Assembly (NCBI GenBank): GCA_018433675.1
Contig: JAHDQS010000015.1
Coordinates: forward strand, 62,170 to 126,169
DNA from: Clostridia bacterium
Lineage (GTDB): Bacteria; Bacillota; Peptococcia; DRI-13; SM3-B62
Reading direction: 5' to 3'
DNA length: 64,000 nucleotides
Of this stretch, positions 48,668 through 57,983 are shown in pieces. Below the pieces are notes generated by a model. It was not told the origin of the DNA. It did not search any database and was given only the letters and a program-made list of their open reading frames with translations. The position numbers were made by a program, and so were the translations under genes. Within the stretch, counting starts at the first letter, position 1. Each line of letters starts with the position of its first letter.

Positions 48668-50479
48668 ATGGGTTTTTTGCAAGAGCGTATTAGATTGCCA
48701 AACTGGTCGAAGAAAAGAAAAATCATGACAATTGGAATTTTGCTGCTTGTGGCGGTGAGTGTGATCGGAGTTTTCACAAGTGCGCGGGGAAAGGGAGCGG
48801 CGGCATCCGGCGAGTATTTAACAACCACGGTAAGACGGGGGAACATTGAAAACACCTTAAGTGGAACCGGTGTAATCGAACCGGTTTTAAGTAAGTCTTT
48901 AACTACGAAAGCCGAAGGCAAGGTTCAGGAAATAATGGTGGAGGCCGGCGATTATGTAGAGGAAAACCAGGTAATCATGCAAGTTGAAAACAAGGAGGTT
49001 GAATCGTCGGTCAGACAGGCTGAGTTGGAATGGGAAATTGCCCAAATCGATCTAAACGATATGACGGGAGATTCGGCGCAAAATATACTGGATAGGAAAA
49101 AGGCCGAGCTGAAGGTTGAGCAATACCAAATAGCCCTTGAGGAGAAAGAGAAAGCAAAAGAAGACTTACTTGTAAAAGCTCCTTTTGCCTGCAGGGTTTT
49201 AAGCCTTGACTTGCGGGAGGGTGAAGAAGTAAATGCGGGAACAGAGATTGTTCAGGTTGCTACCGCCGACGAAATGGAGGTGGTGGCTTCTTTTAAGGAT
49301 ACCGACATCAACAGTTTGTCGGAGGAGATGGAAGCTCAAATATATGTACATGGGATTAGCAAGACCTATACCGGAGTGGTAAAAAAAATAGCCTTTGTGG
49401 GTGATGTCTCTTCAAGCGGATCTAGTACCTTTGAGGTTATTTTAGAAATCGATGACCCCGGTGAGGAACTGTGCGAAGGGATGAGTACATACAGCACCGT
49501 ATATGTTGTGCGGGATGAAGATACTGATACTTTTATATACAAACAGGCTTCCGGTTATCTTCGTTATGCAGAGAAAAAGAGCATCAAACTGGATTCAAAC
49601 GGTACAGTGGCGGAAATACTGTGCCAGGAGGGAGAAGAAATTAAGGAGGGTGCAGTCATAATACACCTGGAGAATGAGGATTTGGACCGGCAGGTAAGAG
49701 AAGCGGAATGCAATCTGGCACAGGCCCAGTATGAACTGGAACAATTATTAAATCCTGAGGCCAGTGTGCTCAGGAAGCAGGAGTTGACGGCTGAAAAAAG
49801 ATATATGGAGCTTTTGGATGCTCAGGAGAAGCTGGCGAGCCTTACCGTTACAACACCGATTTCCGGTACTGTAATGAGTATACCGGTTGGTGTCGGTGAC
49901 GAGATAAAGGCTTACGAAGAATTGGCTGTGGTAGGTGATTATTCCAAGTATGGTCTGGATATAACGATTGACGAGTTGGATATCAGCAAGCTGAGCGTTG
50001 GACAGCAGGCCGTTGTTACAGTTGATGCGGTTCCTGGTATCGAATTACAGGCTAAAATTATAAGGATTGATCAGGAAGGCACGACCCAGAATGGGATTAC
50101 CACTTATACCGTTAGCTTGGAGGTAGAAAAGGGAGAAGGAGTTAAAGGAGGCATGACTGCTGGTGCAACAGTATACCTTGAACAAAAGGATGATGTCTTG
50201 CTAGTACCTGCGGAGGCCCTGGTTACTCAAAACGGCAGGAATATGGTACGTGTCTTGACAGAAGATGGCGGGCAAGAGCTTTGTCCGGTTACGGTTGGTA
50301 TTAACAATGGTGTTAGTGCTGAAATTATAGCAGGGCTTGAGGAAGGAGACCCGATTGTTTATGTGACAACAGAGTCTTCAAGCGACATGATGGTACGTAT
50401 GCCGAACATGGGCGGGATGAACATGGGCGGCGGCGCTACTCCGCCTGCCGGCGGCGGCGGTCAACGTCCGAGAGATTAG
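48668..50479 (+). CDS. HlyD/MacA-family periplasmic adaptor (membrane fusion) protein with Met/Gly-rich C-terminal tail
   Basis: N-terminal TM helix, biotinyl-lipoyl-like and coiled-coil segments, beta-barrel domain. First gene of an adaptor-ATPase-permease operon. Confidence 0.85.
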   Translation: MGFLQERIRLPNWSKKRKIMTIGILLLVAVSVIGVFTSARGKGAAASGEYLTTTVRRGNIENTLSGTGVIEPVLSKSLTTKAEGKVQEIMVEAGDYVEENQVIMQVENKEVESSVRQAELEWEIAQIDLNDMTGDSAQNILDRKKAELKVEQYQIALEEKEKAKEDLLVKAPFACRVLSLDLREGEEVNAGTEIVQVATADEMEVVASFKDTDINSLSEEMEAQIYVHGISKTYTGVVKKIAFVGDVSSSGSSTFEVILEIDDPGEELCEGMSTYSTVYVVRDEDTDTFIYKQASGYLRYAEKKSIKLDSNGTVAEILCQEGEEIKEGAVIIHLENEDLDRQVREAECNLAQAQYELEQLLNPEASVLRKQELTAEKRYMELLDAQEKLASLTVTTPISGTVMSIPVGVGDEIKAYEELAVVGDYSKYGLDITIDELDISKLSVGQQAVVTVDAVPGIELQAKIIRIDQEGTTQNGITTYTVSLEVEKGEGVKGGMTAGATVYLEQKDDVLLVPAEALVTQNGRNMVRVLTEDGGQELCPVTVGINNGVSAEIIAGLEEGDPIVYVTTESSSDMMVRMPNMGGMNMGGGATPPAGGGGQRPRD

Positions 50480-50502
50480 ATGTAAAGGGGAAGGAGTGCA
50501 GG

Positions 50503-51201
50503 TTGATGCTGCTTGAAGTAGAAGGTCTGGATAAGATATATTCCACGGGAAAGGTGTCGGTAACAGCTTTACAGGATGTGAGTGTAGGAATTGACGAAGG
50601 AGAGTATGTGGCTATCATGGGACCTTCAGGTTCGGGAAAATCGACGTTCATGAATATTCTCGGTTGTTTGGACCGCCCGAGCAGGGGTAAGTATATTTTA
50701 AACGGTGAGGACATTTCGACAAAAAGCGATGATGAGCTGGCAGATTTACGCAATCATTATATCGGTTTTATCTTCCAAAGCTTTAATCTCCTGCCTAAGC
50801 TTTCGGCCTTGGAAAATGTGGCACTGCCCCTTGTTTACAGGGGTGTGCCGGGCAAAAAGAGGTTGCTTAGAGCCAAAGAAGCTTTAGAATCTGTAGGGTT
50901 AAGTGACAGAGAGAATCATTTGCCCTCGGAGCTTTCCGGAGGGCAGCAGCAGAGGGTGGCGATAGCACGGGTGCTGGCAGGGGATCCTCCTTTGATTCTG
51001 GCGGATGAGCCTACAGGAAACCTCGACAGCCGGTCAGGTCAAGAGGTAATGACTATTTTTCGGGAACTGAATGATAGAGGTATCACTATTGTTTTGGTTA
51101 CTCATGATGATGAGATTGCAGGGAATTGCAAGAGGATAGTGCGGTTTAGAGACGGGTTGCTGCAAAATGACAGTCGGATAGTCGAGGCGGTGGAGCTATG
51201 A
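50503..51201 (+). CDS. MacB/LolD-type ABC transporter ATP-binding protein
   Basis: [24 protein letters not shown] and [11 protein letters not shown] motifs. Confidence 0.95.
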   Translation: MMLLEVEGLDKIYSTGKVSVTALQDVSVGIDEGEYVAIMGPSGSGKSTFMNILGCLDRPSRGKYILNGEDISTKSDDELADLRNHYIGFIFQSFNLLPKLSALENVALPLVYRGVPGKKRLLRAKEALESVGLSDRENHLPSELSGGQQQRVAIARVLAGDPPLILADEPTGNLDSRSGQEVMTIFRELNDRGITIVLVTHDDEIAGNCKRIVRFRDGLLQNDSRIVEAVEL

Positions 51202-52367
51202 ACTTTTGGGAAGGGATCAAAATGGCCTGGGCCAGTATCAAGTCTAATAAGATGAGGTCTTTTCTAACGGCTTTAGGGATCATCTTCGGGGTAGGGGCTG
51301 TGATTGCTATGGTTTCGGTTGCTCAAGGCGCTTCCCGGGATATTACGGCACAGATCGAGAGTATGGGGTCCAACATGATTACGGTAATGCCTAACAGGGG
51401 AAGCGGTATTTCTTTGAAAATGGAGGATGCCGAGGAACTGTTGGAAAGGGTGCCGACAATAACGGAAGCGGTGCCTGTGGTTAATTTAAATGCGACGGTC
51501 AAGTGGGAAACGAATACGTATGATGCTGCAATTGAAGGAGTAGGCGAAGGTTACCCCCGGGTGAGGAATTTGGATACCGGTTCAGGGAGGTTTTTTACCG
51601 CAGACGAGGTTGCTAACAGAACGCCGGTCGCTCTGATTGGGGAAACTGTGATAACGGAACTGTTTGAAGGCAAATTGCCTCTGGGTGAAAAAATCAATAT
51701 CAAAGGGCAATACTTTACTGTAATAGGTGTGTTGGAATCGAAGGGGTCGTCCATGGGACAGGATAATGATGACACAATTCTGATACCGGTTACATTGGCT
51801 CAACGCTTGTCCCTGACGACGGATGTCAACACAATTTATCTTAAGGCCAAAAGCGGGGAAGAAGCCGAACTTGCGGTAGCCCATGTTACTTCAATTTATT
51901 ATCAAAAATATAAAAGGGAGAACATGGTCAGGGTCATGAGCCAGGACGAGATGTTGTCCACTATCAACAGTACGACTCAGACCTTTGCCCTGATGTTGGG
52001 AGCCATCGCCGGGATTTCCCTTTTGGTAGGCGGTATAGGGATTATGAATATAATGTTGGTATCCGTTACGGAAAGAACCAGAGAGATTGGGATTCGCAAA
52101 GCATTGGGAGCAAAAAGATCGGACATTTTGCAGCAATTCCTGGTAGAATCGATATTTTTAAGCGTCGGAGGAGGCGTTATCGGCATTGTAGCTGGGATAG
52201 GGGTATCCCTACTGATTTCCATACTGGGCGGGTGGACGACAGCCGTATCTCCGGCATCCGTTTTGATCTCCTTTACCTTTGCTTTTGCCGTGGGACTTTT
52301 CTTCGGAGGCTACCCGGCTTATAAGGCGGCAAAGCTGGATCCCATCGTGGCCTTGCGTCATGAATGA
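51198..52367 (+). CDS. MacB-type ABC transporter permease (MacB_PCD + FtsX domain)
   Basis: N-terminal TM helix, extracytoplasmic domain and C-terminal FtsX-like 3-TM bundle (REIGIRKALGA). Confidence 0.9.
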   Translation: MNFWEGIKMAWASIKSNKMRSFLTALGIIFGVGAVIAMVSVAQGASRDITAQIESMGSNMITVMPNRGSGISLKMEDAEELLERVPTITEAVPVVNLNATVKWETNTYDAAIEGVGEGYPRVRNLDTGSGRFFTADEVANRTPVALIGETVITELFEGKLPLGEKINIKGQYFTVIGVLESKGSSMGQDNDDTILIPVTLAQRLSLTTDVNTIYLKAKSGEEAELAVAHVTSIYYQKYKRENMVRVMSQDEMLSTINSTTQTFALMLGAIAGISLLVGGIGIMNIMLVSVTERTREIGIRKALGAKRSDILQQFLVESIFLSVGGGVIGIVAGIGVSLLISILGGWTTAVSPASVLISFTFAFAVGLFFGGYPAYKAAKLDPIVALRHE

Positions 52368-52407
52368 AGAAGAGCTGCGGTGCCATCTCGGTACTAATCG
52401 GAAATAG

Positions 52408-52454
52408 AAAAACCCTCCGCGAGTTCAGAAGAGAACTGTGCGGAGGGTTTTTTT
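52408..52454. terminator. Bidirectional intrinsic terminator
   Basis: AAAAACCCTCCGC...GCGGAGGGTTTTT, with A-tract and T-tract flanks. Confidence 0.85.
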
Positions 52455-52476
52455 ACGTTCACATTAAGGCAGGGAA

Positions 52477-53622
52477 TTATTTTAGATGAGTCATGGGGTC
52501 GACGGTATCGCCGTTGACACGTACTTCAAAATGCAGATGCGGTCCGGTGCTCCAACCGGTAGTGCCGATTTTGCCGATTTGTTGTCCCTTGGCGACTGTT
52601 TCGCCCGGTTTTACCAGGCTGGCCGAGGTGTGGGCGTACATGGTAACAATGCCCCCGCCGTGGTCAATCATAATCAAACGGCCGTAGGCGTCATGCCAGC
52701 TTACGTCAATAACCGTTCCGTACTCTGCAGCTACGATCTTGTAACCATAGGGTGCTGCGATATCCGTTCCGGTGTGGAAACGTCTTTTTTTAAGGATGGG
52801 ATGTGTGCGCCAGCCGTAATCGGAGGTTATTCTGGTATAACCGGGGGTGGGCCAGGCCATTTTTCCGGTACCTAAATATACGGAATTATCGCCACCCAGT
52901 AATTTTTTCAATTGAACCGTGATGGCTTGAGATTCTTTTGCTAATTGATCCAGTGCTTGCTCCACGGCAACCCTGTCGTTTTTAATAGATTTATATACTT
53001 CCTTCTGGCGGGAGCTGGCAATTTGAATTTGTTGTTGCTGATTACTTTGATTATCAATCAATCTATTTAGGTTATCCCTTTTAACCAAAACAAGATTTTG
53101 GTTATCTTGAAGGGTTTTGAGCGAGCCGTTAATCTCTGCGATCAATACCGAATCGTTTTCAGCCAGTCGACTGAAAAAGTCCCAGCGGGTCAGAAAATCA
53201 GAGAAGTTTGTCGAGTCCAACAAAACCTCAAAAATACTGGCTTCTCCTTGTTCATACATGGCTACAAGGCGATTACTCAGAATTCCCTTGTTATTGTCTA
53301 ATTCTGTCTCGGTTTCTTCTATTTCCTGCTCGAGCTTGGCCAGTTCCTGCTGTGTTTTCTTAAGCTGGCTCTCGGTTGATTGTAAGTCTTTCTCAACACT
53401 GGAAAGGGTGTTGTTGAGCTGGCGAAGCTCAGCGAGGGCACTGTTCTCTTGTCCTTTCTTTTGCTGTAGGAGGTCTTCCTGCTCCTGAATTTTCTGGTCC
53501 AAATAGTCTAATTGATCCTTCAGTTCCGACTCTGTCGCTTCGACAACAGAGACGAGTGCAAACATAAGAATGACGATTAAAATAACTGCTGTTCTTTTCG
53601 TATGCTTTTGATTCTTCCTCAC
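52477..53622 (-). CDS. Coiled-coil M23/LytM-family metallopeptidase (EnvC-like architecture, catalytic residues intact)
   Basis: N-terminal anchor, about 230-aa coiled coil, and a C-terminal LytM domain with HTGTD and GPHLHFE motifs. Confidence 0.9.
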   Translation of the reverse strand: MRKNQKHTKRTAVILIVILMFALVSVVEATESELKDQLDYLDQKIQEQEDLLQQKKGQENSALAELRQLNNTLSSVEKDLQSTESQLKKTQQELAKLEQEIEETETELDNNKGILSNRLVAMYEQGEASIFEVLLDSTNFSDFLTRWDFFSRLAENDSVLIAEINGSLKTLQDNQNLVLVKRDNLNRLIDNQSNQQQQIQIASSRQKEVYKSIKNDRVAVEQALDQLAKESQAITVQLKKLLGGDNSVYLGTGKMAWPTPGYTRITSDYGWRTHPILKKRRFHTGTDIAAPYGYKIVAAEYGTVIDVSWHDAYGRLIMIDHGGGIVTMYAHTSASLVKPGETVAKGQQIGKIGTTGWSTGPHLHFEVRVNGDTVDPMTHLK

Positions 53623-53739
53623 AATAACCCCTCACTTCGGCCTTTTCGACGCATCTTTTCAATACAATCCTTTATTCGCCGAAAAAATGGGGATTCCTGC
53701 CGAAAAAGGAAAAAAAACATTAACAAAATATGACACACT

Positions 53740-54837
53740 CTACTCGGAGATAACTTTTTTGCCTGTTTTGAGTCCTTCCAATTGTGGGTTGAGAATGACG
53801 AGTTCGTTTTCCAAAAGACCTGTCTCGATGACGATTTCCCTATCGTTTTCAAAGCCGGTCGTCACTGTCCGTATTTCAGCTCTGCCGTCACGAACGACCC
53901 AGAGAGCGTCAGTGTTCTGATAAGTGAAGAGGGCGGTTTTGGGTATAACAAGCTTGTCGTCTTGTTTGTCAAGTGTAAATTCCACATAGAGGGAGTATCC
54001 CGGTCTTAGCTTCAGGTCTGAGGGAATATCCGGTTCGACCGTTATTTTGACACGCTGTTCTACAAGACCCAGGGCTGATATTTTTTCTTCGGCGGTAGGG
54101 GCTATTTTAACTACGTTTCCCGAAAATATTATATCTTGAGTCTTATTGTCCTGGATGAGGGTAACCGGCATATTTTCTGAGATACCGGCAGTGTCTTCGG
54201 AGAGAACATATACTTCGACATCGTAATCGTCATTTTGAATAATGCCGGCAACCGGAGAACCTGGAGGGAGGACCATTCCTTCCTTGATGTTTAAGTCCGC
54301 AACAAGGCCTGTGGCCGGGGAGGTGAGATTAGCTTCATTGATCATGTAGTGGGTGAGTTCGATTTGAGCGTTGAGGGCTTCCAATTGCCCGGGGTAGTAA
54401 TCAGACTCCACGGTGCTTAAGGCGTCCTCGTATTCTTTTTGACTGATGGCACCCGCTTCGTATAATTCTTTCATTTTCTCCGGGGAGATTTTTTTAATTT
54501 CCATTTCCTGTTGAGCCTTAAGGCTTTTATACTGACCCTGCAGTTGTTCCAGTTGGTAGCGCAGCTCACTGTCGTCAAAGACAACGAGCAGATCTCCCGT
54601 CGCCACCTTTTGTCCCTCCTGTACCGGAAGAGAAGCAACCTTCCCGCCGTAAGTAGTGTGGATGAGGTATTCTTCTTTGGCCACGACCAAGCCTTCTTCT
54701 TTGAAGGTTTTGGCAATGGACTGGGGGTGGATTTCCAGCAGTTTGGCCGGGAGCGGTTTTAAACCGTTGAGAACAATAACTGTCACGATACAGACAAATA
54801 TCAATGAACCCAAGATGATTTTCCATTTTTTCTTCAT
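53740..54837 (-). CDS. HlyD-family periplasmic adaptor protein
   Basis: N-terminal TM helix with lipoyl-like, coiled-coil and beta-barrel layout. Last gene of the ATPase-permease-adaptor operon. Confidence 0.85.
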   Translation of the reverse strand: MKKKWKIILGSLIFVCIVTVIVLNGLKPLPAKLLEIHPQSIAKTFKEEGLVVAKEEYLIHTTYGGKVASLPVQEGQKVATGDLLVVFDDSELRYQLEQLQGQYKSLKAQQEMEIKKISPEKMKELYEAGAISQKEYEDALSTVESDYYPGQLEALNAQIELTHYMINEANLTSPATGLVADLNIKEGMVLPPGSPVAGIIQNDDYDVEVYVLSEDTAGISENMPVTLIQDNKTQDIIFSGNVVKIAPTAEEKISALGLVEQRVKITVEPDIPSDLKLRPGYSLYVEFTLDKQDDKLVIPKTALFTYQNTDALWVVRDGRAEIRTVTTGFENDREIVIETGLLENELVILNPQLEGLKTGKKVISE

Positions 54838-54857
54838 AACAGTTCCCTACTTTCTCG

Positions 54858-57230
54858 CTATTCTCTCGCCTTTAAAACATCGACAATTCTCAGTTTTTTT
54901 ATCTTTTTGGCCGCAAACCTCTGGGCAATCCAAATCGAGGCCACTGTGACCAAAAAGGCGTTGATTATCGAGACACCATCCAATGAGGTGGGTACCGTGT
55001 AGATGTCGTTATTGACCGACTGAGCCATGCCCTTAAGCATCAGTTTAGTCAAAGGAATCCCTGCCAGCATGGCCGGCGCGCTGAGGAACCACTGTTCAAA
55101 GGTAATCACGGAGAGCACCTCAGCAGGTGTCATGCCCAGAACCATCATAGAAGCCAGTTCACGGCTGCGTTCCGAGAGGGAAATTATTGAGGAACTGTAG
55201 ATAATGGCAAAGCCTGTGATGATGCCAAAGATGAGCATGCTGTAAATCATTGCGTCGTAAGAGGCCATTAACTCCTTCATTTTCCTGAACAGCTCGGTTT
55301 GGTTCTCTATATCGCTGACAGCCGCAGCATTTCTATACTCTTGCTGTAGGGTGGGTATCAACTGTTTTTCCATCCCGATCATGGCGGTGGTGACAAAATC
55401 ACCCTGGCCGAAAAGGGTATGCAGCGCTTCCAAATCCATATAGGCATTTATCCCAAGGGTCTGAGATACTACCCCACTTACCAAGACTGTTTTTTTAGTA
55501 GCGGTGTTTTTAAAAAAAGGGCTTGTAAGCAGGAGTTCGTCGCCGGTAGTTACCGCAAGTAAATCGGCCAGTCTTTCCGACAGTAAAATACCGTTTTTGG
55601 GCGGTCTGATTTGCTTGCCGCCTTTGTCGATTATTCTGTGCAGATCGCCGTCAGAGGGTAATCCCAATAGTACGACGTCTTTTTTATGCCAGAGGTGGTT
55701 AAGGGTTACCGGTGCTTCAGCCTTCGTTTCTACTTCGAGGACACCGGGGAAACGGGCCAGCTCTTGTTCAACACTGTTTTTATCAAGGGGGTAGGCTAAG
55801 GTGACCTTGGCATCATAGACCTCAATTTTTTCATACTGATCAAAAATCATGATGTCTACCATGTTTTTCATAATCCAGGGTGTTGCCAGCAGGGCGAAGG
55901 TAAACATGATACCCAACAGGATAAAGAGGTTGCGTCCGGGATGGCGGAAAATATTGCGGGTTGCCATTTTGCCCTGGACAGTCAGCATGTTCCAAAAAGC
56001 AGTGATGCTTTCCAGAACAATCTTTTTTCCAACCGGCGGTGCCGGAGGATTCATTGCTTCGGCCGGTTCCAGACGCAGGACGGCTTTGGAGCCTTGGTAG
56101 CTGGCTATAGCCGAAAAGAGGAGGGACAATAATATCGCGAAAAGAAGATAACTCGGCGAAAAGCTTCCTCGTAAATCCGGCATATTGAAGGACATTTCAT
56201 AGAGCGATGTAAACGGATAAGAAAGCCAGATACCTAAAAGTCCGCCTAAAAGTCCGCCGATTAGTCCAAGGATCACTCCATAAGACATATAGTGATAAAG
56301 GATTTCCGAACGGGTATATCCCAGGGCTTTGAGAATACCGATTTGTCCCCTTTGGCTTTCGATCATTCTCTTCAGCATGATATAGAGAATAAAGCTGGCT
56401 ATTGACAAGAAAAGGATAGGCAGACTGAAGGACATAGCCTCTAAACCTGCCAGTTCTTCCTCTAAAAGGAGGTGGCTGCTCTGGTCTTTGCGGGGATAGA
56501 GGCTTTTTAGGCCGTATTTATCCAGCTTTGGTTTTAACGCATTTTCAACATCCTGATACTCCGCACCGGGTTTGAGGGTAAAGACAATATTATTGATCAT
56601 GCCCTCTTCTTTAAAGAGGGTTTTTGTCATATCGTAGGGGATATAGGCAATCCCGAAGGTTTGAGGGTCGGGATAAAGTTCGCCGACGGTACGCAGGGCA
56701 TAGATGAATTCAGGATTTTTACCGGAACCGACTATCTGCAGGCTTCGTTTTCTGCCTTCGGCAATTATTTCTATTTCTTGGTTCAACTCCAAATTGTTTG
56801 CTTCAAGAAAATTATTATCAACCCAAATATTCATTCTACCGGCAGCAAGTGGTATTCCCTTATCCAGCAAGACCCCATTGATAGGGTTTGGTGATTCGGG
56901 GTCCACGGAGACAATACGGAGATAGACGTTATCCATCCGGTCGGGGAACAGTACCAGGACATCTTTGATTAGACGTCCTTCAATTTGCGCAATACCCGGC
57001 AGTGAAGAAAGTTCTTTGGTTTTTTCCTGGGGCATCCTTTCGACTTCGGCAAAGCCTTCGGCAAAGTTTTGATTGTGATAGAAGGTGTTACGGGAAAGAA
57101 AAAGGTTATCGGAAACAATAGAGAATGCGGTAAAGATGATCAACCCGATGGTGATGATCACAGTACAGGCAAAATAAGCCCCTTTATTCTCCAGTAGGTC
57201 GCGCAGCATTTTTTTGAATAGCATTACCAT
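54858..57230 (-). CDS. ABC transporter permease with two FtsX-like domains (790 aa)
   Basis: Duplicated FtsX-type TM bundles (..GILKALGY.., ..ELASMMVLGM..) separated by large extracytoplasmic domains. Confidence 0.85.
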   Translation of the reverse strand: MVMLFKKMLRDLLENKGAYFACTVIITIGLIIFTAFSIVSDNLFLSRNTFYHNQNFAEGFAEVERMPQEKTKELSSLPGIAQIEGRLIKDVLVLFPDRMDNVYLRIVSVDPESPNPINGVLLDKGIPLAAGRMNIWVDNNFLEANNLELNQEIEIIAEGRKRSLQIVGSGKNPEFIYALRTVGELYPDPQTFGIAYIPYDMTKTLFKEEGMINNIVFTLKPGAEYQDVENALKPKLDKYGLKSLYPRKDQSSHLLLEEELAGLEAMSFSLPILFLSIASFILYIMLKRMIESQRGQIGILKALGYTRSEILYHYMSYGVILGLIGGLLGGLLGIWLSYPFTSLYEMSFNMPDLRGSFSPSYLLFAILLSLLFSAIASYQGSKAVLRLEPAEAMNPPAPPVGKKIVLESITAFWNMLTVQGKMATRNIFRHPGRNLFILLGIMFTFALLATPWIMKNMVDIMIFDQYEKIEVYDAKVTLAYPLDKNSVEQELARFPGVLEVETKAEAPVTLNHLWHKKDVVLLGLPSDGDLHRIIDKGGKQIRPPKNGILLSERLADLLAVTTGDELLLTSPFFKNTATKKTVLVSGVVSQTLGINAYMDLEALHTLFGQGDFVTTAMIGMEKQLIPTLQQEYRNAAAVSDIENQTELFRKMKELMASYDAMIYSMLIFGIITGFAIIYSSSIISLSERSRELASMMVLGMTPAEVLSVITFEQWFLSAPAMLAGIPLTKLMLKGMAQSVNNDIYTVPTSLDGVSIINAFLVTVASIWIAQRFAAKKIKKLRIVDVLKARE

Positions 57231-57928
57231 GTCACCTTCTCCGGCGGGAGTGGGGATTCGTTGGTAGCAATACGTACCAGTCTGCCGTCCTTGAGATAGA
57301 AGATTCTGTCCGCTGTTTTAGAGATAGCGGAGTTATGGGTAATGACCAAGACTGTTTTGTTGTAATCATCACAGAAATCCCTAAGGATCCTTAATACCTG
57401 GATGCTTGTTTGGTGATCCAGGGCGCCTGTCGGTTCGTCGCAGAGCAAGATCTCCGGGTTTTTGGCAATGGCGCGGGCCAAAGCGACACGCTGCTGTTCT
57501 CCTCCTGACAGCTGGGCCGGAAAGTGATCCAGCCGTTCTCCCAGTCCGACTTTTTCCAGCATTTCTTTGACGGAAAGAGGGTCAGAGGAGAGCTGGGCGG
57601 ATAGGGCAACATTCTCATAGGCGTTTAAATTTGGTATTAGATTGTAGAATTGAAATACAAATCCCACTGTATTCCTGCGAAAAAGGGTAAGCTGTTTGGA
57701 ATCGGCGTTATGCAAGGGAGTATCCTTATAAAGCAAAGAACCCCCGGTTGCGGTGTCCATTCCTCCAATCAGGTTTAGCAAGGTGCTTTTTCCGGAACCG
57801 CTGGGACCGAAAATAACGATAAACTCTCCTGGGTATATTTCGCAATCAACCTCTTGCAGGGCTTTAACCGTAACTTCACCCATCCGGTAATGCTTTGAGA
57901 GGTTCTTGGCACTGATAATGGGTTCCAT
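57224..57928 (-). CDS. MacB/LolD-type ABC transporter ATP-binding protein
   Basis: [23 protein letters not shown] and [11 protein letters not shown] motifs. Overlaps the permease start. Confidence 0.95.
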   Translation of the reverse strand: MEPIISAKNLSKHYRMGEVTVKALQEVDCEIYPGEFIVIFGPSGSGKSTLLNLIGGMDTATGGSLLYKDTPLHNADSKQLTLFRRNTVGFVFQFYNLIPNLNAYENVALSAQLSSDPLSVKEMLEKVGLGERLDHFPAQLSGGEQQRVALARAIAKNPEILLCDEPTGALDHQTSIQVLRILRDFCDDYNKTVLVITHNSAISKTADRIFYLKDGRLVRIATNESPLPPEKVTW

Positions 57929-57983
57929 GCATTCTCGCCCCCTTTCAGTAATAATACTACGAGGTCAAGGTATTCCGCAACCT

